Of a DNA stretch of 64,000 bases, positions 39,301-52,418 are shown piece by piece. The stretch comes from Balanoglossus misakiensis (taxonomy: Eukaryota > Animalia > Hemichordata), in NCBI GenBank assembly GCA_040954595.2, contig CM082576.2:7443129-7507128 (forward strand). The letters are read 5' to 3'. The notes beneath the pieces are model-generated. The model ran no database searches and was not told where the DNA came from. It saw only the letters and a list, made by a program, of their open reading frames with translations. Position 1 is the first letter of the stretch; every line of letters starts with the position of its first letter. The position numbers and the translations under genes were made by a program.

Positions 39301-40940
39301 TTATACATGTACTAACCTTTTCTTTCTTTCTTTCACTTGCATTGTATGTTTGATTTCTACAATTTCTTCCTTCTATTATACTTTCCTTTCTAACAGCACT
39401 TCACGAGACAAACTTACAAAACCTATGATACCTCCTACTTGACGGCTACTGCTGCTTATTTCTAAAGAAATAATAACAAACTGATAAATATAGGTTAGTA
39501 CTTGGGTGTGTCTTGCTAAATCTGTGTGCCTCTGTGGATCTGCATCACCACTATTCACCCATATCACCATCATCTATTTGGCAGAATAATGTCATATGAG
39601 ACTCGAACTGAGCCCTTGGGGTCTTGCATCATGGTAAATAAGATGAGAAATTCTGTTTCTGTCTGCGGGTGCAGAGTTAACACTAGCATGGGTCGTTCCC
39701 GGGGGGAGGGGGGGGGTGCCCGCATTCAGATGTGTACATGTATATGTTTCCCATCATTTTTTATTTTTGTAGATAATGATAAAGTTATCTTTACCAATGC
39801 CAGAGTATAACAATATTACTTCCTGGCTAATGACAAGAATATTTTCTATCGGCAAAAGAATACGGATGATCCCTGCAAATGGAAACCTGCCAGGACACTG
39901 CATATAAATATACGAACCTGTACATTCATAATCAGTAAGGTGCTCCGCAGTCACTCAGATGTAGTCATTCTCGCAAGCCAGAGCCGACCGTGTTTCCGCT
40001 CCGCGGAGCCTGTTGGCGGTAGCGCGTAGCAGTTGCCGTAAACAGGTCGTGGTTTTACGACGATGGATGTAGTGCTCAGATGTAGAGACAGTTGGAAAGC
40101 AAACAGCAGAGACCAAGCAAAGATAAAGATGCAGACTATCTCTGCAGCTGATTTTAATCAGATTGATTAGAAAGTATGAATTAAGTTTTACTTTGGTCGC
40201 AGCCAAAGTTCCATTTCACTAAACATGTCAACTTTAACAAAAACAGATACGTAGTCAGATTTAATAGAATAATAAAGTCAGTAAGTAGAGTTACTATTAA
40301 AGTGTGTGTCAGTTGCTGACAATATGATGTACATGTATTTGCATTGGTCTAATAGAGATTACTACAGTATTTCATCTGGGTACGTGTATACGGCTTGACT
40401 TTTGGTAATCTTTCACAAAAGTTTCATGCAGTACAATACATCCCATAATTTGCCATCAATTGTTTGCTCTTGCCTGCGCTGATTCAATATCAACATTTTT
40501 AATCAAGTGTGCATTCTTTGCTTTCCCTGAATTCTCCAGTCTAATTACATGTACATAATAGAAAGAGAGAATTTGATCTTGTAAATACAGCAACTTACAA
40601 CAAGAGAAAGTCAAAATGTGGCTATATATGAGTGGGAGATGAGAATTCTAGGAAGACAAAAGTGATCATAAATTACTGGTCATGAGAATTTCCAGTATTT
40701 CCTTTTAATAAGTTCGTGATCACGGAGCACAGCACTGCTGGTGTCGATGCAGAGTTGATCAAGCAGTTGAATGACGTTTATAGCTCAGTGTATTTTTTCT
40801 TCTCTCTTTCCCTCTCTCTTCAGACACGCTACGAAAAACCCCAATGGCAGGAACCAACCAACTATTACAGGATGAACTCGGGATTTTCGCCGTTTGGCGC
40901 GTGCAACATTTCCTGCGACTTAATGATGAGTCGGTGGTAA
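36315..40940 (+). CDS. Orphan two-exon, largely disordered protein (~373 aa) with SILK and RVxW PP1-docking motifs
   Basis: A 1005-nt first exon (36315-37319) ends at a GTGAGT donor in phase 0. A strong polypyrimidine-CAG acceptor at 40823 gives in-frame TRYEKPQWQEPTNYYRMNSGFSPFGACNISCDLMMSRW*. Composition is GC- and purine-rich, coding-like. Confidence 0.72.
37512..37602. mobile_element. 91-bp hairpin MITE with ~39-bp imperfect TIRs and a perfect 9-bp TSD (AGCAGGAAT)
   Basis: TAACCCTGCGTACAGGTCTGTGTGTTCCCGGCGTTACAC pairs with GTGTAATGCCGGGAACACACAGACCGGTACGCAGAGCTA. AGCAGGAAT occurs at 37503-37511 and 37603-37611. Confidence 0.82.
38570..39217. mobile_element. 648-bp non-autonomous DNA transposon (hAT-like termini), 16-bp TIR, 5-bp TSD
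   Basis: CAGGGTTCTCCCCAGG at 38570-38585 and CCTGGGGAGAACCCTG at 39202-39217. CTGAA lies directly on both flanks (38565-38569 and 39218-39222). Subterminal ATAGCGTCGGGG repeats. No transposase ORF. Confidence 0.85.
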
Positions 40941-43900
40941 TAATTACCAACGCCATATGTTGATGATTTGGGCAATTGCGAAGTCAAAGGCGTGTATTAT
41001 TAATTCACTGAAGCAGATCTGCCTCACACATCAAGGTGGACTGAATGCATTTTGTCCAAATGATGAACATCCAATGGAGAAGGATATGTCGAAGCCATGC
41101 AGCTGAAATCAATACACACTTTACAAGAGTTGGATTCTAAAGTACAATGTATGTACAAATTTAACTTGACCGAAAGCAAACCAGGGGATATAAATGTACC
41201 TGCACCAGTGTTATTTAGCTTTCACTTTGAGGAGTGTCATTTATATTCAAATGTGCGAATCACATATAAAAGCAACTTGATCACGTAACAACTCATCACA
41301 GGGAACTTTTCTGTTTAAAGTGTATGCTGTTATTTATGCATTTTTATGGAGGTTACATCTTGTGTAGTCCTGGATAGATTATTCAACTGTTAAATTTGTA
41401 GATCTAATCACCAGCAGACAGCTCTGCCATGTGTACTGCATTGGAATATCTTGCGCATTTTTCTAGACTAGCAACCTCCCTACCAACTCAACAATGTCTG
41501 CACAAAAATCAGTTCAGGACTATCATGTCTGTCATTCAATGTCAAACATGGAATTTGCTCACCACAGTTTGAAAACTAGGTAGAGGTGGATTTCATGGTT
41601 TTGGGATCACGGTTGTGTGTTTTACGAGATATGTCTAGCAAGCCAGCAATAATCAACAAAAATGTATTATCTACTAAGAGATTATTTGAGATACAGCAGC
41701 ACAATAATGAATTGTATGCAAATTCTCAAAAATGGTTTCAATATAAGTAAAGCCCACAGACATACAAGGGATTCGAGTATTCTGCAATCACAGTGTTTCG
41801 GTGGTTATGGAAGAGATGGCTTCAGAAATAATGATAAGACTGAAAGTATTACTACAAATTGCAGAAATTGCAGCTTTCAAGTTGACAATGTCAGCTGCAC
41901 GATTTTGTTCCAGCCATATTTCCCATGGAAGACAGTGTGGAAACTCTCACAAGTTGTATATGTCCCCTAAGCCAAGTATCTGAACTTTACTTGGATGTGA
42001 TTCTGTTTAAATGCAGTCTAAACTAGAAAATGGATATGTTTTTAAGGCACTTGAATAATGTAATCATTTCTACATGCAAATTAAAACTAAAAATTTGCAA
42101 GTGCTGTTAAAAGTGGTATTGTAGTGTTTGAATTTTAAGTTAGAAAAATCACATTTCAGGAAACTAGTGTCTTGGGGAAACGCTAAAAATAAGACTTTGA
42201 CAGGTCTTCCACTATAGCAGCAGTATAATGGCATGTTTGTGAAGGGAAATAAATACGATTTAGGTCAAGGACTAAAGGAAAATACCGTACAGTTTCCTAT
42301 TGTGGTGTTTACACATTGAATGCAGCTTTGTCTGTCTGTCTGTGTGAGCTGAGTATGGCAATCACTCCAGCACAAACTTACAGCGAATATGAATTTATAT
42401 AGCAACACCATCATATCCTGTTATACATGTGGGTATAGGTAGACACAGAAAACCCTAAGGGGATTAAACATTCCCCATATTGTAACACACACACTGTATA
42501 CAGTCAGTGAACTGTAACATATGGTTTGTACAAAGAGTATATTGATGCATTGTAAACTTTTGTTTTATAGAATTCGGGAGATGTAATTATTGTCTACTCC
42601 CTTCTTGCTATTTGCTTCATTGAAAAAAAATGATCAAATTGTATCACAGCCATGCCTGCAGTGTGGCCTCAAATATATGTTAAAGGTCTGGCTTTCTCAA
42701 AATAGGCAACACATCGCATTTGACAAGTCCAATATCCTATTTGTGGGTCAAACCATGATATTGGAAACGGGGTGGGATTGAAACCTATTGGCAAATGAGT
42801 GAGTGTATTATCATAATAGAGTTCAGATAGAGTTCATTCGAGAGCAAGTCTGTTCTAATACGTTTTACCTTGACTCTATTCTGTGTGTTGTCATACAAAA
42901 TATTTGCGGATATGTTGTGTATGTGAAAGCGGCAACTCAGACAACATGTGTATAGCCCAACATTACTGTTTGCTTGAACAACTCCATGACACCTACGTCA
43001 TAACAGCCTGTCATAATAACAGTCTGTTACGATTTGTTTTTATGCCCTTGTGGCAATCCCTGCTTTGTAGTGCGACCTTGGATACAGGGGTCAGGGAAGA
43101 GTCAGCAATGAGAAATGTAGGAAGGTTTAATAGAAAAGGCAACGTCAAAAGTTCAATGTCTGATAAAAATATATTTCCCTAAGCTTGTTCCCCCAACCCC
43201 TTTGCAATGTAATTGACTTATATTGAGCCTAAGGCAATGATCTTTCACATCCTAAAATTCTAAAGAAAAAAATGTTTGTCGATAATGAACTTCAACAAAA
43301 TGTGCATAAAATTTAGTTGTGTTTTTATTCAATTTTTTATTTTATATTTTTAAAAATATATGTAAAATTGAGATTTAGTTGAGCGTTTTGCAGTTTGAAT
43401 TCAGTAACTGGAATTGACCACCGGGCCACGTAAAAAACAAGTACGGTAACTCTCATTTTAATAATTGACAGTGCATGTACCTGTTTTTGTTGCCCAGTCT
43501 CATTCTTGACTGTAGTTGTTGCAACTGGGGGAAAGATTGAAGTTGTCAAGCTTACCCACAATGCACCTGCCCAATATGCTGGCAAATGTAGATTAATATA
43601 GTTTCTGATCTGATAAAGCTTGAGTGAAATCTCATATTTTATACTCCAATGTACAACTTTACAAGAAGATATTTAATAGCCTGAGTTAATGTATTTCTGC
43701 ATCTATGCGTGTATGTGTCTGTATCTTCCATGAAATGTAAATTCACCAAATAACAGGATTAACTGTGTAGGGTTTTCTATTCTTCAAATACTTTTTCGTA
43801 GTTTAATTTTTTACAGTGAATGGTATACAATACTGTTGTAACTCAATTTTGGAAGGGCGATTAGGAAATCGGTGTAACTCAGATAGTAAGTTTTGGACTG

Positions 43901-46900
43901 CATTGAGGCGTAAAACGATCTTCTAATATTTCAAAATATTCCAGTGAACTTTTCAGATGTTTTCAATACAACTTCAGAATTGCATTAAATGTGTCTGAAA
44001 TACAATGATGTCTTTTGTTCTTATGTTTTGTAGCTGTACCACAGGTCCAGCTATAAGCTACTTTGTCGCACATCATGAATATTTAATATGAAATATAATT
44101 CACATTGAATAGGCTTGTCTGTACCACAGGCAGTGTTGAAGTCGGGCGTGCTGTGTTTAGCGAAGAAAGACGTTTAGACACGATATTTGCAGCCAGGATC
44201 GTGAAACCAGTAAAATGGCCAAGCGAAATAGGTGTCATTCAAAAACTATAGACATGCCCTTTTAACTGAATTTACTGCACAAAAATAGCCTGTCATGTCT
44301 GAACCAGAAACATTTTCAGTATTCATGTGGAAATAACTTTAGACACGAACTGTCTAAAAAAGAATGGAAAATACTTCTATTTTTGGCCATCACCGGAGAG
44401 AGAAATATTCAAGCTTTTAATATTCATTAGTAAAACAGAAAATTTCATATACAGGTATTGTCCAAACATAGATTTATGTATTATTCTTGGCTCTCTGGCA
44501 GAATTCTCTGTTGCTGTTAATTATTAGATTTATCGGATACAGGAAAGTATTTCCATTAAACAGTTAAAGGGAATACATTAAAGGAACAAAGTTGTTTGCT
44601 TGTCACATAATTTGGGTTTATTTAGTTTCTCTTGATATATATTATTCTGTTCACTGGTTGTCACTGTCCATTTTATGGATACAGACTGACAGAGGTGTGA
44701 AATCTGCTTCTTCCGGCATATTAACATCATCATGGCAGCAATTACCAATGATACCAGCAGGAATCCAGACTTCTTATTCAATGGGCTACCAGTGTTTTTA
44801 CTGGGATCACCTGGGTCGTCATGGCAGCTGTTTCCAATGATACCAACAATAATCTTAAGTTCCTCATTGGACTACCAGCCTATTTGCCAGCATCAATGAT
44901 CCTATGTTGTTGAAGTGTCATCAAAGCAGCTATAGCACAAGACCCATAGTTACCAGCAGAATTCATCAGTTCCCATGTTGGAGCTGCTACCAATGTGTGA
45001 CTTGCAGGAAGTTGTTTCAATATACATGTACGGTACTTCAATATATCAGACAAAAATATTGTATCACCCAAACATGTTTTCAAACTTTTAGTGGAAATCT
45101 ATCTGATTTCTTATTTTCATTACTGCCCGGACAGAGACCTTGGGAGGCGAAGATGCCTAAAGCACAAGCGTTATGGTTCTGCTTATTTTGTAATGGCCTG
45201 GTGCACATGCACAGACACAAAGTCAGTCAAACACACACGCACATAAAATATCGACTCTGAATGGACCCACACTAATGTTTACCGGTAAAAGGTCACCGGG
45301 TTATATACGTGCTACCTGCAGAATACCAACTCAACAATGCAATGGTACATGCCACCGTATCTAAGGGTGCATTGAGCTTTAAACATCATGTACATCTTCA
45401 CCTTGTCTTGTCGTCGACCCAGTTTCAGAGAAATATGGGCTCTTTGGAACACACAGCACACTTTCCGATATGAATTTACCATTTGTGAAATTACAAAAGG
45501 CTTGTGTTCGGTTCTCTGTATGTTGCAAGATAAACATCGAAACATATTGGTCTATGAAAATTTTTAATCACTACCTAATACCGGCAGAAAGATATATTGG
45601 AAAAATATCTGAAATTCTAAGATAAATAAGATAGTTTTTTTATTTATTTTTTGTGAAAAATATTAAAAATTGTTGGAGGAGTATGTGTAATCAGCATAAA
45701 TTGGCCTGTATGTTAATTGGTGGTATGGTCTTGCTGTCTCGTCTTTATCTTGTTGATGAGTCTGTCTTGCTGCTAATCACATGGGTTAATTACACAGGTG
45801 ATTGATATACTGCATGCTATAAAAATTTCTGCTGTGATAGTCTGCCATGAGTACGCATGCAGGTATATTGGCCTTCAGAGCACAGGTATCAGAGTTTAGA
45901 GTTACCGTCATTGTACCTTGAACTGCTATCATCCAACGGACTTTAGATCGTGGAGCTTATATACACCCAGACATGATACTAGTCATCAATTCAATTTGGC
46001 ATCATTACAACAGGGCAAAGGTTCCTGATATATGGGCTGTAAATCTCCTGTAACATTCAATACAGGCCTGACAGATTTCAGATACATGTCTGGTGGTGTA
46101 CATCACGTGATGTGTGTGTGCGTGTACAAGTGGCTTTTTGTCTTCTACCATCCAATTAAAGGGCAGAAAGAGTCACGTGTTTTAAATGTCAGATAACGTT
46201 CTAACCACGAAAAAAATCGGTGCATGTATAATCCCCATTCTTTTCAGTGGTATAGTTGGACATTCTACACGGTGAAAGAAATCAAAGAAACTTTTGTATC
46301 AAACCATGTGGGATACAAAGAGATGTATAAACTTTGTGTCATGAAACTTTGCCATACATGTAAAAAATGCCAACACAGTCGTACTACGTGATATGGAAAT
46401 GGATCACTCAGTTAAAGGTCTCTCATTTGATCATGCCACCAAAAAATACCCCAATCATCATCGATATTATCAGCTTATTTACATCTAATGACATCACATA
46501 TCAGTGACGTACATACATGTAGCAGCCGAGTCAATAAAAACAACCGGTATTCTTAATAATTGTCTTTGTCTCCAGTCAAGTTTTCTTTCATACTACATGT
46601 ATTACTAGTTTTGAACATCTTGTGGGTGATTATCTTTTTGTTTAAAAGTTCTTTTTTTAGTTTTTGACACAAAATAGTCGCTGACATAAACTGGAAATTC
46701 TACCTGTAAATTGGTAGAACTGTTGTTTTGGAGTGGGTACTGTACAAACTGGGCAGTCACCACTAATTTAACTACAGAGGGCGCTAAACCTGCCACATTT
46801 GGTATAGATATCACTAATGTTCACACTTGTACGTTTTATGCTTCTAGTGAAAAGAGTGTTTCTTTATTAGATTCAAGGGTATTGATTATGTCAATTTAAA

Positions 46901-47998
46901 GGATGACTGTGGAAGCCACAAAGAATTTTCACCACTTTGCTTTCTTTCACTAAACATTTTATTTACTGTGAATAGATATCATGATTATAAATTGAATAAC
47001 CGAGACAATGAAATTACAGACCATTATCACATCGTAAACACACTGCTTTCTTACAAACGAATTTGTAACATTTGCTTACAAAATAAAAACAATTCTCAAT
47101 AAACATACACTGGTGAATATAACTTTAGATAAATAAATATTGGTGTTAAAGATTGTGAGGGTAATCTCAAATGTGAGACGACAGAAATTTAAAAAAATAT
47201 ACAATGTAGTTACTCGGACAAAAAATATGAAAACAACACTGAATGCTTGAAGTTCTTGAAAATTTGAGAAATGCATAGAATTGGTTTCATACACAATAAA
47301 AAGTAATCAATTTGAAGACATTCAAACAGGCTTTGCTTCTTAATTCAAAGTTGTGACCAATAAGAAGTTCTCTCAATAGCTCTAGTTGGCAGTATCATAG
47401 TTGGTGGAAAAAAAACAAAATAATTCTAATAATGGCCACTTGGGGGGGTTAAACGCCCCCAACACTCTGTTCATGCAGACTCAGTACGCTAACATACATG
47501 TATCACATAAAAACATTACGTGCTTTCTGCTGTGTACAATCATATCACTATGTTGACAGTGGCTGACACTGCTTTGTTGCTGGGCTTTGGACAGTTCTCC
47601 CATATAGGTTTCGGCAACACTTTTGCCACTTTAAAACTCAGCACTTGTACAAACCTTACGCATTATAAGTTTTTGCTTGGATAAATAATTTGATCAACGA
47701 GCTCTTCATTGTACTGGATGCTGTCCCCACAGTCAGTGCCAGCACAACATCCCCCCTCCCACCACATCTTTCCTCCCTCCCGCCATCCCTGCCCGTGTTC
47801 ATGTTGCTCTCTGAATTTTCTTTTGGAGGACTACATTTCTTCAGTATTAAATTTAGAAACTGAAATATATCAGTGCCTCTAGGTATGCAAGCGTTTCCAG
47901 AAAAACCGAGCAGATACGCCCGTCAGTATCTTTCATGAATGCTACAGCAGTCTTGGGGGAACCAGGAATGTCTACCACCAACCATTGCACCAATGGGA

Positions 47999-50900
47999 TC
48001 ACCAATCTGTGAGAAATGCAAATCCATCTGCAGGCATGGTTTGTGCCTTGGGCTGAAAACAAAACATAGAGCACATTAAAGATACACTACATAAGATAAA
48101 CGCATAGGTATTCCATCACACTTTAATATGATGGTAATAAAACAACAGAATGGATGATAAAATTGCTTGTATGATAGAGTAGACAATTTCACATTTATTG
48201 GTGTCTTTCACTGAAATGCAAAGAAGACAGGCTTCCCAGCCATCTCACCTTATCAATAGCTTTATCAATTTCTTCCAGAGGTCCAATTGAATCGGATTCG
48301 AAACTCTCATTGACCTTGTCGTACACCAGAGACTCTTTACTCCTGGTTTTCCGGACATGTCTGTCTGCATCCATGTCTTGCAAGAGAAAATAACCCTCCA
48401 CCTTCGAGTGTTTGATTTTCTCCTTCTTCTCGCCCCTCACAGACGAACTGGCACTGCTGCTGTTTGTACTGACAGTCCCCCGACTGCTGGGTCTTTCTTC
48501 TTCACCGCCGCCGCCGCCGTTCCTCCTCTTCAACTCCTCAATGAGGTTCTCCCGGCTGGATTCCACGAGGCTGAGGCTGGCCTTGCTGGTGCCCTCCGAG
48601 CAGGGTTCGCTGACGTTATCATAGTGGCTGCCGGTGTCGCTGCCCACCGACAACTGCAGAGACGGCTGCGAGCCAGTTTTACTGTCAAAATCAAAATCAA
48701 AGGTCATTTTTGCCGCGAGGTCGGGGCCGGGGCTGCCCTGGGACGGTTCGCTTTTTTGTTCGTCTTCATCGCTGTCGTCATCCTCGTCCGAGTCTCTGTG
48801 GCGTTGGAAGTCTTCTTCTGATGGCTTCGGGGTCACTGGCAAACTGGCGCCGATGTCTTCGTCCGGAGAAGTTAGTGGCATCTCCAGCTGGCTCTGTAAA
48901 AATGACATTGCGAGAATGAGGACAGTTCTGGCAGTGTTTTTTTTTGCCAAGGTTGGAGAGCATTAATAAAAGATTTGAGAATCCTGGTCAATGGAGTCCT
49001 TTGACATGCAAATAGCAAAATTTCAAACAATTAGACGACAGGGCTAGACCGTGTGTGAAGTGATTATAGAGGGAAAAAACCACACAAGTCTGGATTCTAC
49101 TGTTTTCTAGACTAGTGCCAAGCGGGTTCAATAAATATGGCGACCGATTCGTAGAGGGAGAAATTGATAATTAAATCGCCACCATCTTTATATATCATCT
49201 TCAGCGATTCCTGCTATTTCAAGTTTCATTTCAATATCATAATCTATGTGGCCCTCTGGCAAGAAGACCCAAAGTAATGTAATAGAGGCGTGGCAACATA
49301 CAATCTGAAGCTGGGAAAGAACACTATTTTTGGAATGAATAATTTCTCAAAGGATGAAATATGAGAATATTCCTGCAACAGCTTGTTCATGTTTTTATTA
49401 TCGAATTTATTTGTAAATGCGTATTAACGACATTGTTCCCTTATACATTATTAATTTTTTCGTACCTAACATAGTTAAAAAATTTTAATCCAATTTTGTT
49501 GAGGGTGCACAGTTTGAAGCAGATTAGTGTCATTGCATAAACATGTGTTATATAAAATAAAAATCCAGTCTTGCTACTGCAAAACTATCCAGCTGTTGGT
49601 GAGAACTGAAGAGCAATATTTTTACAGGACTAACGTTGGTTGCTTTTGCTCCAAATCTGAACGTTTGGATGTGATGGAGTTGACAATTTTCAAGGTCATG
49701 GTTTTACTGGTGGCCATAATGCTTGTTATTTTTGCACTCCTGGAGGACATTGGCCAGCTAAATCTAACACAATTAAGACCCATGAGACCTATGTATCTAC
49801 AAGCTCCAGATCCCAGAAGGTGAGTTGTTACGTGCAAACGTACAATTTTACTGCCACTCCTTGATTTAGTATCGAGGTAATATTTGCCTGGACAACATCA
49901 TACATATTCTTGACTTAAATTTGATAGCAAATACCGTTATAAGAACTTGCTTGACGTGGTATCTCGATGTGTGTCAAGCAGGTTCAGGGGTAACATCAAA
50001 CATTTTATTACATAAATTTGCATGTGAATATATTATTATATTTTCTCTCAACGTCGATAGCTCACCGAAACCAAGAACTTCTCAACATCTTTTGGAGGTA
50101 AAACATCTACCAGAAGACCCAAGGAATGCGACAAGTTTGTCTGAGCTAAGGCAAGTCTCTTGCAAATGGACAAGACTGTATGAAAGACTGACTAAATATT
50201 AACAAACAAACAAACTAAGTAACTAACAAACTAACTCATTCCAAGTCACATTTTTGAATCTGCTTTGCTTTGTGTAATTGGTATGAATTGTTTTTGATTG
50301 ATTGATTGATTGATTATAAGTCATTTAATTTCTTTTCTGTACAGGAGAATAATCTCAGCAAGGGTAGCACTGGAAAACACTGTTGCAATATTTCGCTCCA
50401 ATGCTGCCTTGGATTTAGTTCTCAACAAAGGATTCCCTCAGGATGCCACAACAAAACTGGGTACCCCTCTTTCTAGTAACGGTCGGATAATGTACGATAT
50501 CCTATTCTCCTCCCTGGAACAGCAGAAGTCATGCGCATTGGTAGGAAATGGTGGTATTCTCAAAGACAGCGAATGTGGCCGTGAGATAGACGCTCATGAT
50601 TTTGTGATGAGAGTAAATTTACCTAAATTAATTGGATTTGAAAAGGATGTAGGAAAGAAATCTGACTTACAAGCGATCAACCAAGTGGTCAGTTTCTGTT
50701 TGCATGAAGCCTTGAATTCTGAGGAAAAGTCCAAAGTAAAGACAAGAAAGAAAGGGCAGGACTGTTCAGACATCTTGGACAGGCTTGCCAATATACACAA
50801 CTCAACTGTTTGGTTCCCCTATACGTTGTCAAGATGGAACAGTATTAGGCTGAATGAAACAAAATTGGCGATGCAAAGTGTTCTGAGACAGACGAAGTTG

Positions 50901-52418
50901 GGGGATACAGCCATGGATTTCAGAGTTGCATACTCTCCAGTACCTATATGGCCGAGACATATTAAGATGTATGTGGTTTCTCTTTCATAAGTTCAACAAA
51001 CTGAAAAACTGAGAAACAGACAGACACATGAACAAACTAACCATCAATCATTTGCGAAATATTTGTATTAGATCTGCCAATTGGTTCGGACTGAACCATA
51101 GTCGTTCAAGGGTTAAATTTAATAATAATTTTAGAGGGAATAACGTTAACGTGAATGGTTAACAACATAAAGTTACACTTTGTGTTTTTCAGGTTATGGG
51201 ACAACGGTAACAGCAGTGAGGGTTTTATACTGTTTACTGTGTCAACTCTGTTCTGCAAGAAACTCACTCTCTACGGTTTTTGGCCCTTTTCTGAGGATTC
51301 GAGAGGGCGCAAGTTGAATCATCACTACTTCGAGGATGTGAGCTACAATGTTAGCAGAACAAATATCATGCCTCTGGAGTTTGAAATTTTTCAAGACTTC
51401 AATCGCTCAAACGTCATAAGGCTTGTTACGGAGAAATGTGCTAATCACTAAATGGTTTGATCCGATTCCATTGTTTTCTATGGTAAAGCTGGACCTTTAC
51501 ACAGGAAACAGGGGTGAAAGGGTTAATCTTCTATTTTATGCAGGATAGGCCTACAGTATAGACCATGTGTTCTCTTTCAGTAAGCTATTCTATTGTTTGT
51601 GCTATTGCTTGTGTCTTAATAAGTTAATGAGATGAGATGAGATGAGACGAGACAATCCAAGGGACCTCGGGATACCTCAGAGCTGACCCAGTTGCAAAAG
51701 TATGATCTGTATTGTATAGTCTTTAATGAGGTGTTATTAAAATTGGACAGACTTATGTACATCAACATACCCTTGTTTCCCAACTGAATGGTTCAGAGAA
51801 TTCATCTCTCCAGGTAAGACTCTGTGAAGAAAACACATGTAAAATACAAAATAATACTTATTGTGCCATTAGAATCTTGATCAAAACATATGGTAGGTTT
51901 CGCTTACACTTTGATCACCTAAGAGTCATTCCCGGAAGATCCCCAGTGCTGAAAGCAAAGGCGACGAAATGCCGGAAGTGCGACTGTGACATCAGAGCCC
52001 CAAGTCAAGTGATGATCTTTCTCTTTACCTTGTTTTTACCATTTGAACTGCCCTCTTCTGTGTAATGGACGATCCTCTTGGTTTTGTCTAGTTTCAATTT
52101 CGGGAAGACTACGGGTGGTGGCTCGGCAACTCCAGTGTTGTCTTCGTACGCCTCTGTCAGTTGCGGGAAGATGAAGTACTCATTGACCAGTTTATCTTTT
52201 TCGTCCTGACTCAGTTTGTGCCATATTTTCCGGTTGTTATACTTGCACTTGTACTGTTCTTCCATTATACGTCTGGCCATTGGATTGATTGAGGAGAAAT
52301 AGTCTGACATCTTATCTTCCATTGAAGGTTCCCCGTTTCTGTTGTTTCGTTTGTTCTTCGCCTTTTTCGCTTTTCCATTCCCAGCTGCGGCGTCTACACC
52401 CTGTTCGGTCGCCATCAT
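47999..52418 (-). CDS. C1orf198: C1orf198 homologue (DUF4706)
   Basis: Exons 52418-52029, 51821-51771, 48893-48249 and 48052-47999, all phase 0. They read [15 protein letters not shown]...[17 protein letters not shown]|SQLEM... and end DGFAFLTDW*. This matches C1orf198 hallmarks as recalled ([42 protein letters not shown]). Confidence 0.88.
49674..51451 (+). CDS. GT29 alpha-2,8-sialyltransferase-like (ST8Sia-type) type II membrane protein, nested in C1orf198 intron 2
   Basis: Exons 49674-49819, 50061-50150 (GC donor), 50345-50968 and 51193-51451 join in frame. N-terminal TM anchor; sialylmotif L ([32 protein letters not shown]...DVGKKS); motif S ([26 protein letters not shown]); motif III (HHYFED); degenerate motif VS (NIMPLEF); C-terminal VIRLVTEKC. 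Confidence 0.88.
51452..51526. mobile_element. Second copy of the GTGAAAGGGTTAA-terminated short element, directly after the sialyltransferase stop codon
   Basis: Aligns with 32749-32829. Confidence 0.65.

Noticed and set aside
48195-48950. 251-aa minus-strand ORF as a stand-alone orphan gene
   Set aside because: It is exon 3 of C1orf198: the acceptor at 48894 continues PFSWETR|SQLEM, and the next exon supplies the characteristic FxFLxxW C-terminus.
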